Of a stretch of 64,000 nt of DNA, positions 26,753 to 35,974 are shown one piece after another (position 1 is the first letter of the stretch; each line of letters starts with the position of its first letter). Location: sequence record PX436236.1; one strand, 5' to 3'. The stretch is from a phage. The notes under the pieces are model-generated. The model was not told the origin of the DNA. It made no database searches and saw only the letters and a list, made by a program, of their open reading frames with translations. A program made the position numbers and the translations under genes.

Positions 26753-27253
26753 TTAAATCTTATCTTTACCGATTTCAATACACTGTTCTATTGCCGCCGG
26801 TGCTTTGGTCTTGAGCTTATCGATTTGTTTCTTATAATCACGAGCTTTACCGAAGCTCTCGGTTTCGAGCATTTCGTAATAACGAGCCTCGTGGATGGAA
26901 ATCTGTAGATTGATATGGTTTACGCACATCGCATACAGTTTCTGCTTTTTGTACAAATCATCTTGACGCTTCATTTCTGCCTGGTGTTTGGCTAGTACCG
27001 CTTCACGCTTGGACTCTTGTTCACGTTGGAATTCGATTTCTTGTTGAGCATATTTTGCACAGTTATTACCGCATTGATTATTAGCTCGGGTGTACACAAG
27101 TCCAGAACCTGCACGGAATTTCATTTCGCCATCGAATTGTTTCTGTTCAGCTGCGATACGAGCTTTACCAACTTCATCAGCCGAAACTGCATCACCATAT
27201 TGGACCGCGCAACCTGATAGGAGCATACTCATTGCGATAATTAACTTTTTCAT
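26753..27253 (-). CDS. lipoprotein, 166 aa
   Basis: Signal peptide with lipobox LLSGC; coiled-coil-like remainder. Confidence 0.55.
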   Translation of the reverse strand: MKKLIIAMSMLLSGCAVQYGDAVSADEVGKARIAAEQKQFDGEMKFRAGSGLVYTRANNQCGNNCAKYAQQEIEFQREQESKREAVLAKHQAEMKRQDDLYKKQKLYAMCVNHINLQISIHEARYYEMLETESFGKARDYKKQIDKLKTKAPAAIEQCIEIGKDKI

Positions 27254-27260
27254 AATATCC

Positions 27261-27398
27261 TCAATTAAAACAGTTATACTTAATTTGTGCTATAAGAATA
27301 ATCCATCCAATGATGAGTGTCGGAATCATTGGCGGAATTGCCACTGCCCAATAAATGGTAAAGGCGGTCATTATAAGAAATAAAATAATTATTTTCAT
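27261..27398 (-). CDS. possible small membrane protein, 45 aa
   Basis: Own translation MKIIILFLIMTAFTIYWAVAIPPMIPTLIIGWIILIAQIKYNCFN; ATG overlaps the upstream stop. Confidence 0.35.
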   Translation of the reverse strand: MKIIILFLIMTAFTIYWAVAIPPMIPTLIIGWIILIAQIKYNCFN

Positions 27399-27631
27399 TG
27401 CTTAACAATAATGATTTGTGCGTTTGATTTACGTTCAGCGACGATAGCCCAGATTAAAGCCACTACCCAACCAATCATCGTCCAGCCTAACAGGAGATTA
27501 AGGAAGAAAATTCCGACATTACTACGAGTGCCTCGCAGAAGAGCCAGAATCCATGGTAAAAAGTAACCGATGAACATAATAACCAGAGAACCGAATCCTA
27601 AAACACCAGCACTAACGATTAAAGCTTCCAT
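27395..27631 (-). CDS. two-TM membrane protein, 78 aa, candidate Imm (immunity to superinfection)
   Basis: Hydrophobic two-helix protein directly upstream of the operon, the position of T4 imm. Confidence 0.5.
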   Translation of the reverse strand: MEALIVSAGVLGFGSLVIMFIGYFLPWILALLRGTRSNVGIFFLNLLLGWTMIGWVVALIWAIVAERKSNAQIIIVKQ

Positions 27632-27648
27632 TGTAATTTCCTCATGTA

Positions 27649-27691
27649 GTTGATAGGAAGGATACTACCACGTTCCTTGTGGTATGTAAAC
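27649..27691 (-). promoter_or_regulatory. Early-promoter cassette
   Basis: GTTTAC, spacer, TAGTAT, CCTTCCTATCAAC, then GAGGAAA RBS. Confidence 0.5.
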
Positions 27692-27693
27692 AC

Positions 27694-30405
27694 TTAAAAG
27701 TCGAACATATCAAATAATGTTGCTTTTTTCTCGTAGTCGATTTTAGCAGACTCAGTAAAACCGGTCAGAGGTTTGATAAAGGTCTTTTGGAACAGTACGT
27801 TGTAGTCCATCCAACGGAGGACTTGGTCACGAATCTGAACCGGAAGTTCAATACCTGACGGCCATGCCATACAAGCTTCACCAAACGGGTTGCCTTCTTT
27901 AAGTGGCAGTACATATACCTTTTCACCATCAACGATACGAGGCATAGTCAAATCACCTGCAGAAGCACGCATGTAAGCTAAGCAACCTTTGATGTGGTAT
28001 GGACATTTAGAACCCGGGAATCCACCTTCATTATATTTCTCGATGTTGTTAGCACTGGATACTGCTGCAATGCTTACATAATCGAGTTCGTTAAATTCCT
28101 TATTAAACTGTTTGAAATATTCTTGCAAAGATGCCTCGCCTTCCTGAAGCATACGACGGATACATTCCTTCAGAGCTTTCTGAACTGCTTTAGGTGTACT
28201 TGATTTCTGAGTTTCGAGACCCATGATTTTCAAGTGTGGTTCAGCATAACGAGTACCTTCCATGTCCCAAACGTTAAGTGCATAACGTTTCTTGCCTGTC
28301 CAGAATCCACCAAGACCTTTAGAACCAAGTGGAGGACCTGCGATAGCTTCTCGGTCCATGAACATCAAGTGTTGTTTGTTGTTCATGTATTCGCACATCT
28401 CACGGAAGCCTGCATCAATAGCTGGTTCCATACGTTCACGTGCAAATTTATCTAAGAAGTCGACCCAGTGGTTAGTATCACGGAATTTGTCTTCGCCTAC
28501 TTTATTGATGATTGCATCCGCCTTAACATAAATGGAGTCAGTATCACCATAGAGCACGAACTTCTGATTTTCAGTCTTACACACGCTATTCAGATATTCG
28601 TTAACCTTACGTTCAATCCATTGGAGGGCCATTTGACCAAACAGTGTGATTGCAGTTGCGTTCCTGAGGTCGTAATAACGGAACCATACGTTACCAAGTG
28701 CACCATAAAGGGAGTTGATAAGCAACTTACGGTTAATCTGAGCAGTCATACCTGCAACTTCGGTACGTTCAGCTCTGAACAACATTTCTCTTAAAGAAGG
28801 TGCTGACAGCGTTTTAATCTTGGCTTTGATTTCGTCAGAGAAGTCAAAACGATAATCGATATCCAGTGGACTATCAGCCGAGAGATTAGGATTTTCTAAT
28901 GCTTCTTTAATTAACTCACCATTACGTTGAGCTGCAAGCATATAACCTTTATGTTCTTTACGTTGTAAGAACACCTTAGTGATTTCTGTAGGAATCACAC
29001 CATCGCGGTCTTTATAGTACATCATGCCGTTAGGAGAGCAACTGTAGACGTCGCTAGGACGCGGAGCTGTTCCGGCAATATATTCATGTATCGGTGCGTT
29101 AGCGAATGTCCCTGCGATGGTCTCTGGGCTTATATTCACTTGTCGAATGATACTCGGGTACAGAGATGTAAGGTCGAAACTCATTACATATTTGTAAGCG
29201 TTAGGAATAGGTTCCTTAACGAAAGCACCGGGATAAGGTTGAACCACGTGTGAACGAGCTTGTGGAATTACCTTGCCTTGCTCTTTAAGGCTATTAAAGA
29301 TAATAGCGTCCCAAGTCTTAATTGGACTGAACACCGACTGAATCTGCATCTTGGCATAATAACCCATGTCCAAACTCAGAAGAATGAACTGACGCTTCAT
29401 ATCAATCTGCACTACACGATATACGTCGATAATATTATAGGAAATATATCGTTGGTGGTTCGTCTCACGTAACTTGGAGATTGGACCATCATATTTCAAC
29501 TTACCTACTTTCAATTCATATTCAGAAACATAATCCAGAGAATAAGAAGGCTGGTTGGTGAAGCTGAATTTTTTATAGAGGTCGATATAATCCAGAACAG
29601 AGATGCCGAACAAAGTAATGATTTCACGAGCACCGTACATGTTCTCGATAACTTTAACACGAGTTTTACGATGTGGGCTTAATCGCTTAGCAGTGTTCTC
29701 ACCGAACAGATTTTTCAGACGGTTATAAACGTACGGCACGTCAAATGATTCAACGTTCCATCCAGTCAAAATCACAGGAGTTTTCTGTTGCCAGAAATTC
29801 AAGTACTCAAGCATCATTTCTTCTTCAGAATTAAACGGAAGATAAACGATTTTGCCAATGATTTCCTGTGGAACTTCGTCACCACCTTCGTCTTGGAGTT
29901 TCTCAGCGATTTTAATCGACCACTCTTCAACAGTACCATAAGGCGAAACTAAAAGGTCGAATACATAGAATTTATCGTCAATCGAGTCGTAGTGGGTAAT
30001 GGCATCGATAGGATGTTTAGCCTGAGCTGGTTCAGGGAATCCATCAGGAGATGTTACCTCGATGTCGAAGTTAGCAATACGAATCTTAGAAGAATCATAT
30101 TTGATTTCTTTACGATAGGTATCAGACAAATAGGCTAATTTATAGTCGTCCATACCCAGGGCTTCGAGGCCCATATCATCCATACGTTTCATCCATTGGG
30201 ATGCATCACGCATAGAGTCGAATTCTTTCTTAACACAACCCTTACCATAGATATCAATGTATTTTACGGCTTGCTCTGGATTAGCATGCATAAACATTGT
30301 AGGCTTGTATGGAACTTCACGACTACGTTCGTTACCATTTTTATCGATGTAACGTTCGAGAATATTATCACCGATTTGTTCGACTGTCAAATAGAATTCT
30401 TGCAT
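27694..30405 (-). CDS. 43: DNA polymerase gp43 (family B), 903 aa
   Basis: Start set at MQEFYLTVEQIG (T4 begins MKEFYISIETVG) with AAGGAAA RBS; exonuclease and polymerase motifs including YGDTDS. Confidence 0.92.
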   Translation of the reverse strand: MQEFYLTVEQIGDNILERYIDKNGNERSREVPYKPTMFMHANPEQAVKYIDIYGKGCVKKEFDSMRDASQWMKRMDDMGLEALGMDDYKLAYLSDTYRKEIKYDSSKIRIANFDIEVTSPDGFPEPAQAKHPIDAITHYDSIDDKFYVFDLLVSPYGTVEEWSIKIAEKLQDEGGDEVPQEIIGKIVYLPFNSEEEMMLEYLNFWQQKTPVILTGWNVESFDVPYVYNRLKNLFGENTAKRLSPHRKTRVKVIENMYGAREIITLFGISVLDYIDLYKKFSFTNQPSYSLDYVSEYELKVGKLKYDGPISKLRETNHQRYISYNIIDVYRVVQIDMKRQFILLSLDMGYYAKMQIQSVFSPIKTWDAIIFNSLKEQGKVIPQARSHVVQPYPGAFVKEPIPNAYKYVMSFDLTSLYPSIIRQVNISPETIAGTFANAPIHEYIAGTAPRPSDVYSCSPNGMMYYKDRDGVIPTEITKVFLQRKEHKGYMLAAQRNGELIKEALENPNLSADSPLDIDYRFDFSDEIKAKIKTLSAPSLREMLFRAERTEVAGMTAQINRKLLINSLYGALGNVWFRYYDLRNATAITLFGQMALQWIERKVNEYLNSVCKTENQKFVLYGDTDSIYVKADAIINKVGEDKFRDTNHWVDFLDKFARERMEPAIDAGFREMCEYMNNKQHLMFMDREAIAGPPLGSKGLGGFWTGKKRYALNVWDMEGTRYAEPHLKIMGLETQKSSTPKAVQKALKECIRRMLQEGEASLQEYFKQFNKEFNELDYVSIAAVSSANNIEKYNEGGFPGSKCPYHIKGCLAYMRASAGDLTMPRIVDGEKVYVLPLKEGNPFGEACMAWPSGIELPVQIRDQVLRWMDYNVLFQKTFIKPLTGFTESAKIDYEKKATLFDMFDF

Positions 30406-30462
30406 TTCATTTCCTTTATAGACGAGTGATTGTCTTTTGTTTGTTGATGAATTATTATACTC

Positions 30463-30483
30463 CAAAAAGGGACCGAAGTCCCT
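30463..30483 (-). terminator. Hairpin (AGGGAC-UUCG-GUCCCU) with U5 between regA and gene 43
   Basis: Stem-loop then TTTTTGGAGTATAAT; may be a terminator or attenuator. Confidence 0.45.
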
Positions 30484-30492
30484 TTGCTTAAT

Positions 30493-30855
30493 TTAATTAC
30501 CGATTGTGTACTTAGACAGTAGTTCCCAGTCATTTTTCTGCTTAAAGGAAATGACACGGAAGTTATTGGTGATTTCGAACAGTTCAGAGTCGTCTACGAT
30601 ATCAATCAGTCCCCACTCCTTAAGAAGCTGGGCAATTGAATCACGACGTTGGTAGTCTTCACCATCGATATCAACTTGGCGGCCATCCATACGTAACATC
30701 TCTTTAAAGTGGACGATATAATATAGCCCTTGCTTTTGCAGAATGTGGCAGGATTGATATAGTTTCTTTTCTTTATTATTAGCGATACCCATACGAGTTA
30801 GGGTCTCTTTCACTTTCAAGAAGTCTTCAGGTTGTTTCAGAGTAATTTCAATCAT
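30493..30855 (-). CDS. regA: translational repressor RegA, 120 aa
   Basis: Near-identical to remembered T4 RegA (MIEITLKQPEDFLKVKETLTRMGIANNK...). Confidence 0.92.
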   Translation of the reverse strand: MIEITLKQPEDFLKVKETLTRMGIANNKEKKLYQSCHILQKQGLYYIVHFKEMLRMDGRQVDIDGEDYQRRDSIAQLLKEWGLIDIVDDSELFEITNNFRVISFKQKNDWELLSKYTIGN

Positions 30856-30861
30856 TTTAAT

Positions 30862-31434
30862 TTACCATTCCAATGCTTTCTTTTTCAAGTCTTTTTGTTC
30901 TTTAACATTTTTAGTTACGGATTTCAGGAATTCGTCCGTAACCAACCCTTTCATCTTCTTAAGCACTGCCGGAAGATGGCCTTTAATTTTATAAGTCTCG
31001 AGATAACGATAAGCGTCATCATTATTAATTGAATGGTATTTCATCAATAAACGAGTAATAAAAACTACACTAACTTCATCATCATGGGCCTTAGCCCATT
31101 TACCAAATCTCTTACCCTTAGGAACCGCGTGTAAAAGATAGTTGAAATGACTTTGGTCATCAAGTTTCAAACAGTTAACCATTGCAGCTTGCATAATGCA
31201 ATCCACATGTTGGCTCAAACTATTATCGAGCCAAAATTGATTATAGTTTTCCGATTGAGCCAAGTTACGTTGGTTCTTACCATACGTGATGTCGTTCATA
31301 ATGGCAAACAGTTCGTTTTCAGCCTTTTCTTTAAATGAATCGGCCAAGGCTTGAATTGCAGCGTCGTTACGTGATTTCCAAGCAACTTCATGTTCGTTCA
31401 GTTCGACGTCATCATCAAAAAGACTTATAGCCAT
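30862..31434 (-). CDS. 62: clamp loader small subunit gp62, 190 aa
   Basis: Similar to T4 gp62 (...KGLVTDEFLKSVTKNVKEQKDLKKKALEW). Confidence 0.85.
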   Translation of the reverse strand: MAISLFDDDVELNEHEVAWKSRNDAAIQALADSFKEKAENELFAIMNDITYGKNQRNLAQSENYNQFWLDNSLSQHVDCIMQAAMVNCLKLDDQSHFNYLLHAVPKGKRFGKWAKAHDDEVSVVFITRLLMKYHSINNDDAYRYLETYKIKGHLPAVLKKMKGLVTDEFLKSVTKNVKEQKDLKKKALEW

Positions 31435-32384
31435 TGGAGCTCCAGAGCAAGTTGGATGAACAGATAAGTCATGTGAATTTCTGGGTTAGCCGCAATACCA
31501 TGGTATTGGTTATTTTCACCGACAATTTCGTACATTCTAACAATGCTTGGCCCAGGCAATTTACCATAGAGTTCGTTAGCCAGCGACATAATAAAGTTGG
31601 AATAGTCATTGACATGGCGTGGAGCTAATGCACGGAGTTCTTTAAAGTTTTTATCTTTAAGTGCAGCCACTACTTCATCGATAGGCGAATTGGTATTCAT
31701 TACAATACTCAAAATGCCTGTATCGATTTTACCACTGGATGAGTAACGGTCCAGTTGGTTAACTGTTTTACGGAAATCAGGAAAGTTTTGTTTAACTAAA
31801 GCAGCAATAACTTTAAGGTCTTCGACTTCGATATTTTCGTTTTTACAGATCGCTACAGCACGATGAATCATTTCTTTCATCATGGATGTTTGGTCAGCTG
31901 GAGTGGCTTCACCAAATTTAATAACACGACAACGGGATTGAAGTGGGCCGATAATACCATCAATATTGTTTGCTGTAATAATTACAGAACAGTTTGAGGA
32001 ATAGGCTTCTAAGAACGAACGAAGGTGACGTTGAGCTTCAGCAACACCAGCACGGTCGAATTCGTCGATAACAATTACCTTACGTTTACCTTCGATAGAT
32101 TTGGAAGATGCAAAACGAGTAAGTTCATTACGAACGAAATCAATACGGCAGTCGGAACCGTTAACAAAAAGCATATCTGAATTTGTATCAGCACACAATG
32201 CTTTAGCTACGGTAGTTTTACCTGTGCCTGGTGAAGCAGAGACTAGGATAATGTTAGGGATTAGACCCTTATTAACAATGGCTTGGAGGGTTTCTTTATC
32301 ATGCGCCGGCAGAATACACTCAGATAAAGTACCTGGACGATATTTCTGTTCCCACATGAATTCGTTATTGTTTACTGTAAGCAT
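31425..32384 (-). CDS. 44: clamp loader large subunit gp44 (AAA+), 319 aa
   Basis: Walker A SPGTGKTT; high similarity to T4 gp44. Confidence 0.9.
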   Translation of the reverse strand: MLTVNNNEFMWEQKYRPGTLSECILPAHDKETLQAIVNKGLIPNIILVSASPGTGKTTVAKALCADTNSDMLFVNGSDCRIDFVRNELTRFASSKSIEGKRKVIVIDEFDRAGVAEAQRHLRSFLEAYSSNCSVIITANNIDGIIGPLQSRCRVIKFGEATPADQTSMMKEMIHRAVAICKNENIEVEDLKVIAALVKQNFPDFRKTVNQLDRYSSSGKIDTGILSIVMNTNSPIDEVVAALKDKNFKELRALAPRHVNDYSNFIMSLANELYGKLPGPSIVRMYEIVGENNQYHGIAANPEIHMTYLFIQLALELQWL

Positions 32385-32445
32385 ATTAATTTCCTCAGGT
32401 TTGTTTTTACATTATACTCCAAGGGAGGAATCTCCTCCCTATGCT

Positions 32446-33144
32446 TTAGAACGAGTGGCTTGAGCCTGCTTCCATAGCCAATACATAAGAAGCTTGTGAA
32501 CCTTCAAACTTGGCTGCGAAACGAGCGTCCTGACCTTCACCACGAGCCCATAACAATACATGGTAATCGGCAGGCATCATTTTCATATTAGTTTTGTTGA
32601 TAATGAATTTGAATTCAGGGCCATCATGGTCTGCAACCACTAAGGAATACAATGGACGGGCCAGGTCCTTATCATCAACTTGTTTGTAGCCATTGATTAC
32701 AATTTTACCATTGTCTACAGTAATAGCAAATGTATCAATACTCAGTCCAGAGGACACACGCATCAACTGTTGGTAATCTTCGGCTTTAAGGTCAAAAATA
32801 ACTTCAGCCACCGGGAACGGAATAGCTTTGCTTGGGAATGCAATTGTACTTGGGTCGGCAATAGGCCACTTAATAGTTGAACGTTGGTCTTTAATAATTA
32901 GAGTGGTTTGGTCTTCACTTACCGAAACTTCAGCACTTTCAGATACCAATGACAGAATACTTAAGAAGCCGTTCAGGTCGTAGATTGCGGCTTCGATATC
33001 AAAGGTATCACTTACAGTAGCTTCACCATAACTTGCACCCGTTACTGAACGAGTTAGAATAGTGTTACCAGGCTTAAGCATGATACCTGGGTTAATACTG
33101 GAGAAGTTTTTCAGAATGTTCAGAGTTTCTTTAGAGAATTTCAT
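32446..33144 (-). CDS. 45: sliding clamp gp45, 232 aa
   Basis: High similarity to T4 gp45 (MKFSKETLNILKNFSSINPGIMLK...). Confidence 0.9.
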   Translation of the reverse strand: MKFSKETLNILKNFSSINPGIMLKPGNTILTRSVTGASYGEATVSDTFDIEAAIYDLNGFLSILSLVSESAEVSVSEDQTTLIIKDQRSTIKWPIADPSTIAFPSKAIPFPVAEVIFDLKAEDYQQLMRVSSGLSIDTFAITVDNGKIVINGYKQVDDKDLARPLYSLVVADHDGPEFKFIINKTNMKMMPADYHVLLWARGEGQDARFAAKFEGSQASYVLAMEAGSSHSF

Positions 33145-33168
33145 AATGTTTCCTTATCAAGTCAAAAA

Positions 33169-33582
33169 TTAAGCAATAACGATCATTTGTTTACGAATGG
33201 ATTCAGGCAGAGATTCAATATACTCTGGAATCTGGGAAGCAACAATAGCACCGGCTTCAAGCAGTTGTTCGTCAAAATCTACGCAATAATCATCTTCAAG
33301 ACGTTCAGAACCATCACGGTCGATAACCAGTTTAGCACCTGCGGCCAATGAATCATTATAATGGCGACGCATAATTTCTACCCACTTATCAGATACGTCG
33401 TTATCAATGATACCGTAGAGCATGAACTTAGTTTCTTGTGGAAGAGACTGGAGACGACGTGCAGAGTCGGTATCAATATTCAGTACCCATGATTTACGGA
33501 TACGGTTTTGATTGTGTGGGTTGGAGTCAGTACGAATGGTTTTAACTTGGATATCTTTAACAGTAATAGCGTTAGCAAACAT
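33169..33582 (-). CDS. hypothetical protein, 137 aa (rpbA position)
   Basis: Position between 46-region ORFs and gene 45; start set at MFANAITV; identity not verified. Confidence 0.45.
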   Translation of the reverse strand: MFANAITVKDIQVKTIRTDSNPHNQNRIRKSWVLNIDTDSARRLQSLPQETKFMLYGIIDNDVSDKWVEIMRRHYNDSLAAGAKLVIDRDGSERLEDDYCVDFDEQLLEAGAIVASQIPEYIESLPESIRKQMIVIA

Positions 33583-33612
33583 AATATTTTCTCTCATTTG
33601 GTTGGTAGATGT

Positions 33613-33637
33613 ATTATAAATCAATATTTTAAAGCAC
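33613..33637 (-). promoter_or_regulatory. Candidate middle promoter
   Basis: TGCTTTA (MotA-box-like), 11 nt, TATAAT on the minus strand. Confidence 0.4.
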
Positions 33638-33644
33638 TTAACGT

Positions 33645-33836
33645 TTAATCAAAGTATTCATAAACGAACCAGGCAGGGTTCCTGTTCGACATGATTCTAT
33701 CATACTCTGACTTAAAAGCATTTCGGAGATAATCTTCAGTAACAAGATGTTCGTCTCCAGAGAAGTTATTAACTAAAACATACCGCTTTAGTTCAGGAAC
33801 GGCCAACAAATGCTGGCCTGTTATAAAATCACTCAT
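33645..33836 (-). CDS. hypothetical protein, 63 aa
   Basis: ORF. Confidence 0.4.
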   Translation of the reverse strand: MSDFITGQHLLAVPELKRYVLVNNFSGDEHLVTEDYLRNAFKSEYDRIMSNRNPAWFVYEYFD

Positions 33837-35515
33837 TCCATCACCGTGAATCGTCCAACTTTCTTCATTTGAAGATGTTGGCCATATGCTTGTGGGTCAT
33901 GGTCTCGGTGAGAGATAATGAACACGTTCGTATCTTCAAGGCTATTCAAGATGGTTGCAATGCTCTTAACACCCTCGGCGTCAGTAGCACTGTCAAAAAC
34001 TTCATCAAGAATTAATGTGCTGATATTAACACCGGATACCTTTGAAGCAATATCACGCCAGGTAAAAAGTAGTGCGATATCAATACGTGCTTTCTCACCC
34101 TGTGAAAATGAAGCATAACTAAAGTCTTCACGTCCACGTGATTTAATCGTCTCATTGAATTCTTCGTCTAGGGTAAAGACGTAGTCGGCTTCCATAATCT
34201 TCAAATAAGAATTTATCTGCTTATTAAAGATAGGAATGTATTTCTTAATAATGGAACCTTTAATACCGGTATCCTTCAACATTTCTGTCAGAATTCCACG
34301 ATGATATTTTTCCATTACTAAGGACGATTTGGTAGAGACGATTTTATCAAGCTCTGCTTGAAGCGCGGCAATCTCTTCGGCATTACTTACGAACTCAGCA
34401 GCTGCTTGGTCGATTAATACTTTAACTTTTTTAGCTTTCTCTACGGCAGTAATGGCTTGTTGCTTATGAGTAGCTATCTGAGATTTAATAGCCAGCGCTT
34501 TATTACGTTGTTCGGTTACTTGGTCCTTAATGAGCTTGAGTTCTTGGTACTGCTCATTAATCTTATCCAAAGATTTTTGAAGCTCAAAGTTCTTATCCTT
34601 AATTTTAGTAAGGATGTTTCCATGCTCTTCCAATCCTTGCATACACGTAGGACAGCTGCCGCCTGTTTCGTATAATTTCACGACCTTAGTAAAGGTTGCC
34701 ATATCATTCTTGATTGCAAATCCTTTATTGCTCAGGTCACTCATAGAGTTGCTAGGGTCATCATCGACGATGACATTGAGTAATTCATCAGTTAGTTTTT
34801 CTATATTGCCCTTCGCAGTCCTGGCTTCTTTAACTAGCTCGTCATACATTACTTGTAGACGTGCTGCGTTCTCGCCGGATAATTTACGCTGACGTTCTTC
34901 GTTGTCATTATAAATTTTAATCTGTTGGGTAATAGAATCCTGCTTAACGTCGATTACTTGGATTTGGCTATTAGTCTCGCGAATCAAAGATTTGTTCAAC
35001 TTATCCATATCCGCTAATACAGAAACCTCTAAGAGGTCTTCCACAAGCTTTCGGCGCGCAGGGGTCGACAAACCCATGAAAGGGGTATACCCTGCCGTGC
35101 CAAGAACGACAATCTGTTTGAAGCTTGCATAGGACATTCCGATAAGCTGTTCAAATTCTGCTTGGAAGTCTTTACTGCTGGCAGATTCATCAAGACGTTC
35201 ACCGCCACAAGAGATTTCAAAAATATTGGGTTTTTGCCCGCGCTTGATATAGTATTCTTTGCCATCATATTCCATCCACAGTTCGACCAAAAGGTCTTTC
35301 TTATTACTTGAGTTAATCAACTGCCCTTTCTTAACATCACGAAAAGGCTTACCGAACAGAGCAAATGTAACGGCTTCAAGGAACGTAGATTTCCCAGCAC
35401 CATTTTTACCGGTGACTAAGGTCTTTTGGACCTTGTCAAGTTGGATTGTAATAGGTTGCTGGCCTACCGACATAATATTTTTATACGTTACTTTCTTTAA
35501 CTTAAACGTTTTCAT
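33833..35515 (-). CDS. 46: recombination endonuclease subunit gp46 (SbcC/Rad50-like ATPase), 560 aa
   Basis: Walker A GKNGAGKST; long stretches identical to T4 gp46. Confidence 0.92.
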   Translation of the reverse strand: MKTFKLKKVTYKNIMSVGQQPITIQLDKVQKTLVTGKNGAGKSTFLEAVTFALFGKPFRDVKKGQLINSSNKKDLLVELWMEYDGKEYYIKRGQKPNIFEISCGGERLDESASSKDFQAEFEQLIGMSYASFKQIVVLGTAGYTPFMGLSTPARRKLVEDLLEVSVLADMDKLNKSLIRETNSQIQVIDVKQDSITQQIKIYNDNEERQRKLSGENAARLQVMYDELVKEARTAKGNIEKLTDELLNVIVDDDPSNSMSDLSNKGFAIKNDMATFTKVVKLYETGGSCPTCMQGLEEHGNILTKIKDKNFELQKSLDKINEQYQELKLIKDQVTEQRNKALAIKSQIATHKQQAITAVEKAKKVKVLIDQAAAEFVSNAEEIAALQAELDKIVSTKSSLVMEKYHRGILTEMLKDTGIKGSIIKKYIPIFNKQINSYLKIMEADYVFTLDEEFNETIKSRGREDFSYASFSQGEKARIDIALLFTWRDIASKVSGVNISTLILDEVFDSATDAEGVKSIATILNSLEDTNVFIISHRDHDPQAYGQHLQMKKVGRFTVME

Positions 35516-35736
35516 GTATTGTTCTCACGAATTGTTTGTTCAGCATATTCTAGCATTTCTTCGGAAGAAGCAAACACGTCGTCAAGTTCCATGGCCCATG
35601 AAACACCTTCAGAATATCCAGAAGTGACATACATAGTTCCGGTATACCAAGAACCATCCACGTCCCATTCTACATTACCGAACCAGCCATCGCCAATATG
35701 AAAATCATGTTTATACATTTTCGTCATTATAAGCAT
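35512..35736 (-). CDS. hypothetical protein, 74 aa
   Basis: ORF. Confidence 0.45.
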   Translation of the reverse strand: MLIMTKMYKHDFHIGDGWFGNVEWDVDGSWYTGTMYVTSGYSEGVSWAMELDDVFASSEEMLEYAEQTIRENNT

Positions 35737-35974
35737 CCTTGATGCATGATTCAGCCATATGAATTAATGTTTCTGGAGTATCATCTACCATTACATTAAA
35801 GCTAAATTCCACAGCCCAATCAGTAGCAACATAAACTTTAATAAGCTCGTTGGTATCGCGAGTGCTCACGGCTTCAAACCAGAACTTAATGATATTCGTT
35901 TGGTTATCGTCATCAATAACTGTGCAGTCATGCTCCAGTTCAAGTCCTGATTTTTTGAATTCATCTAAAGTCAT
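35711..35974 (-). CDS. hypothetical protein, 87 aa
   Basis: ORF. Confidence 0.45.
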   Translation of the reverse strand: MTLDEFKKSGLELEHDCTVIDDDNQTNIIKFWFEAVSTRDTNELIKVYVATDWAVEFSFNVMVDDTPETLIHMAESCIKDAYNDENV

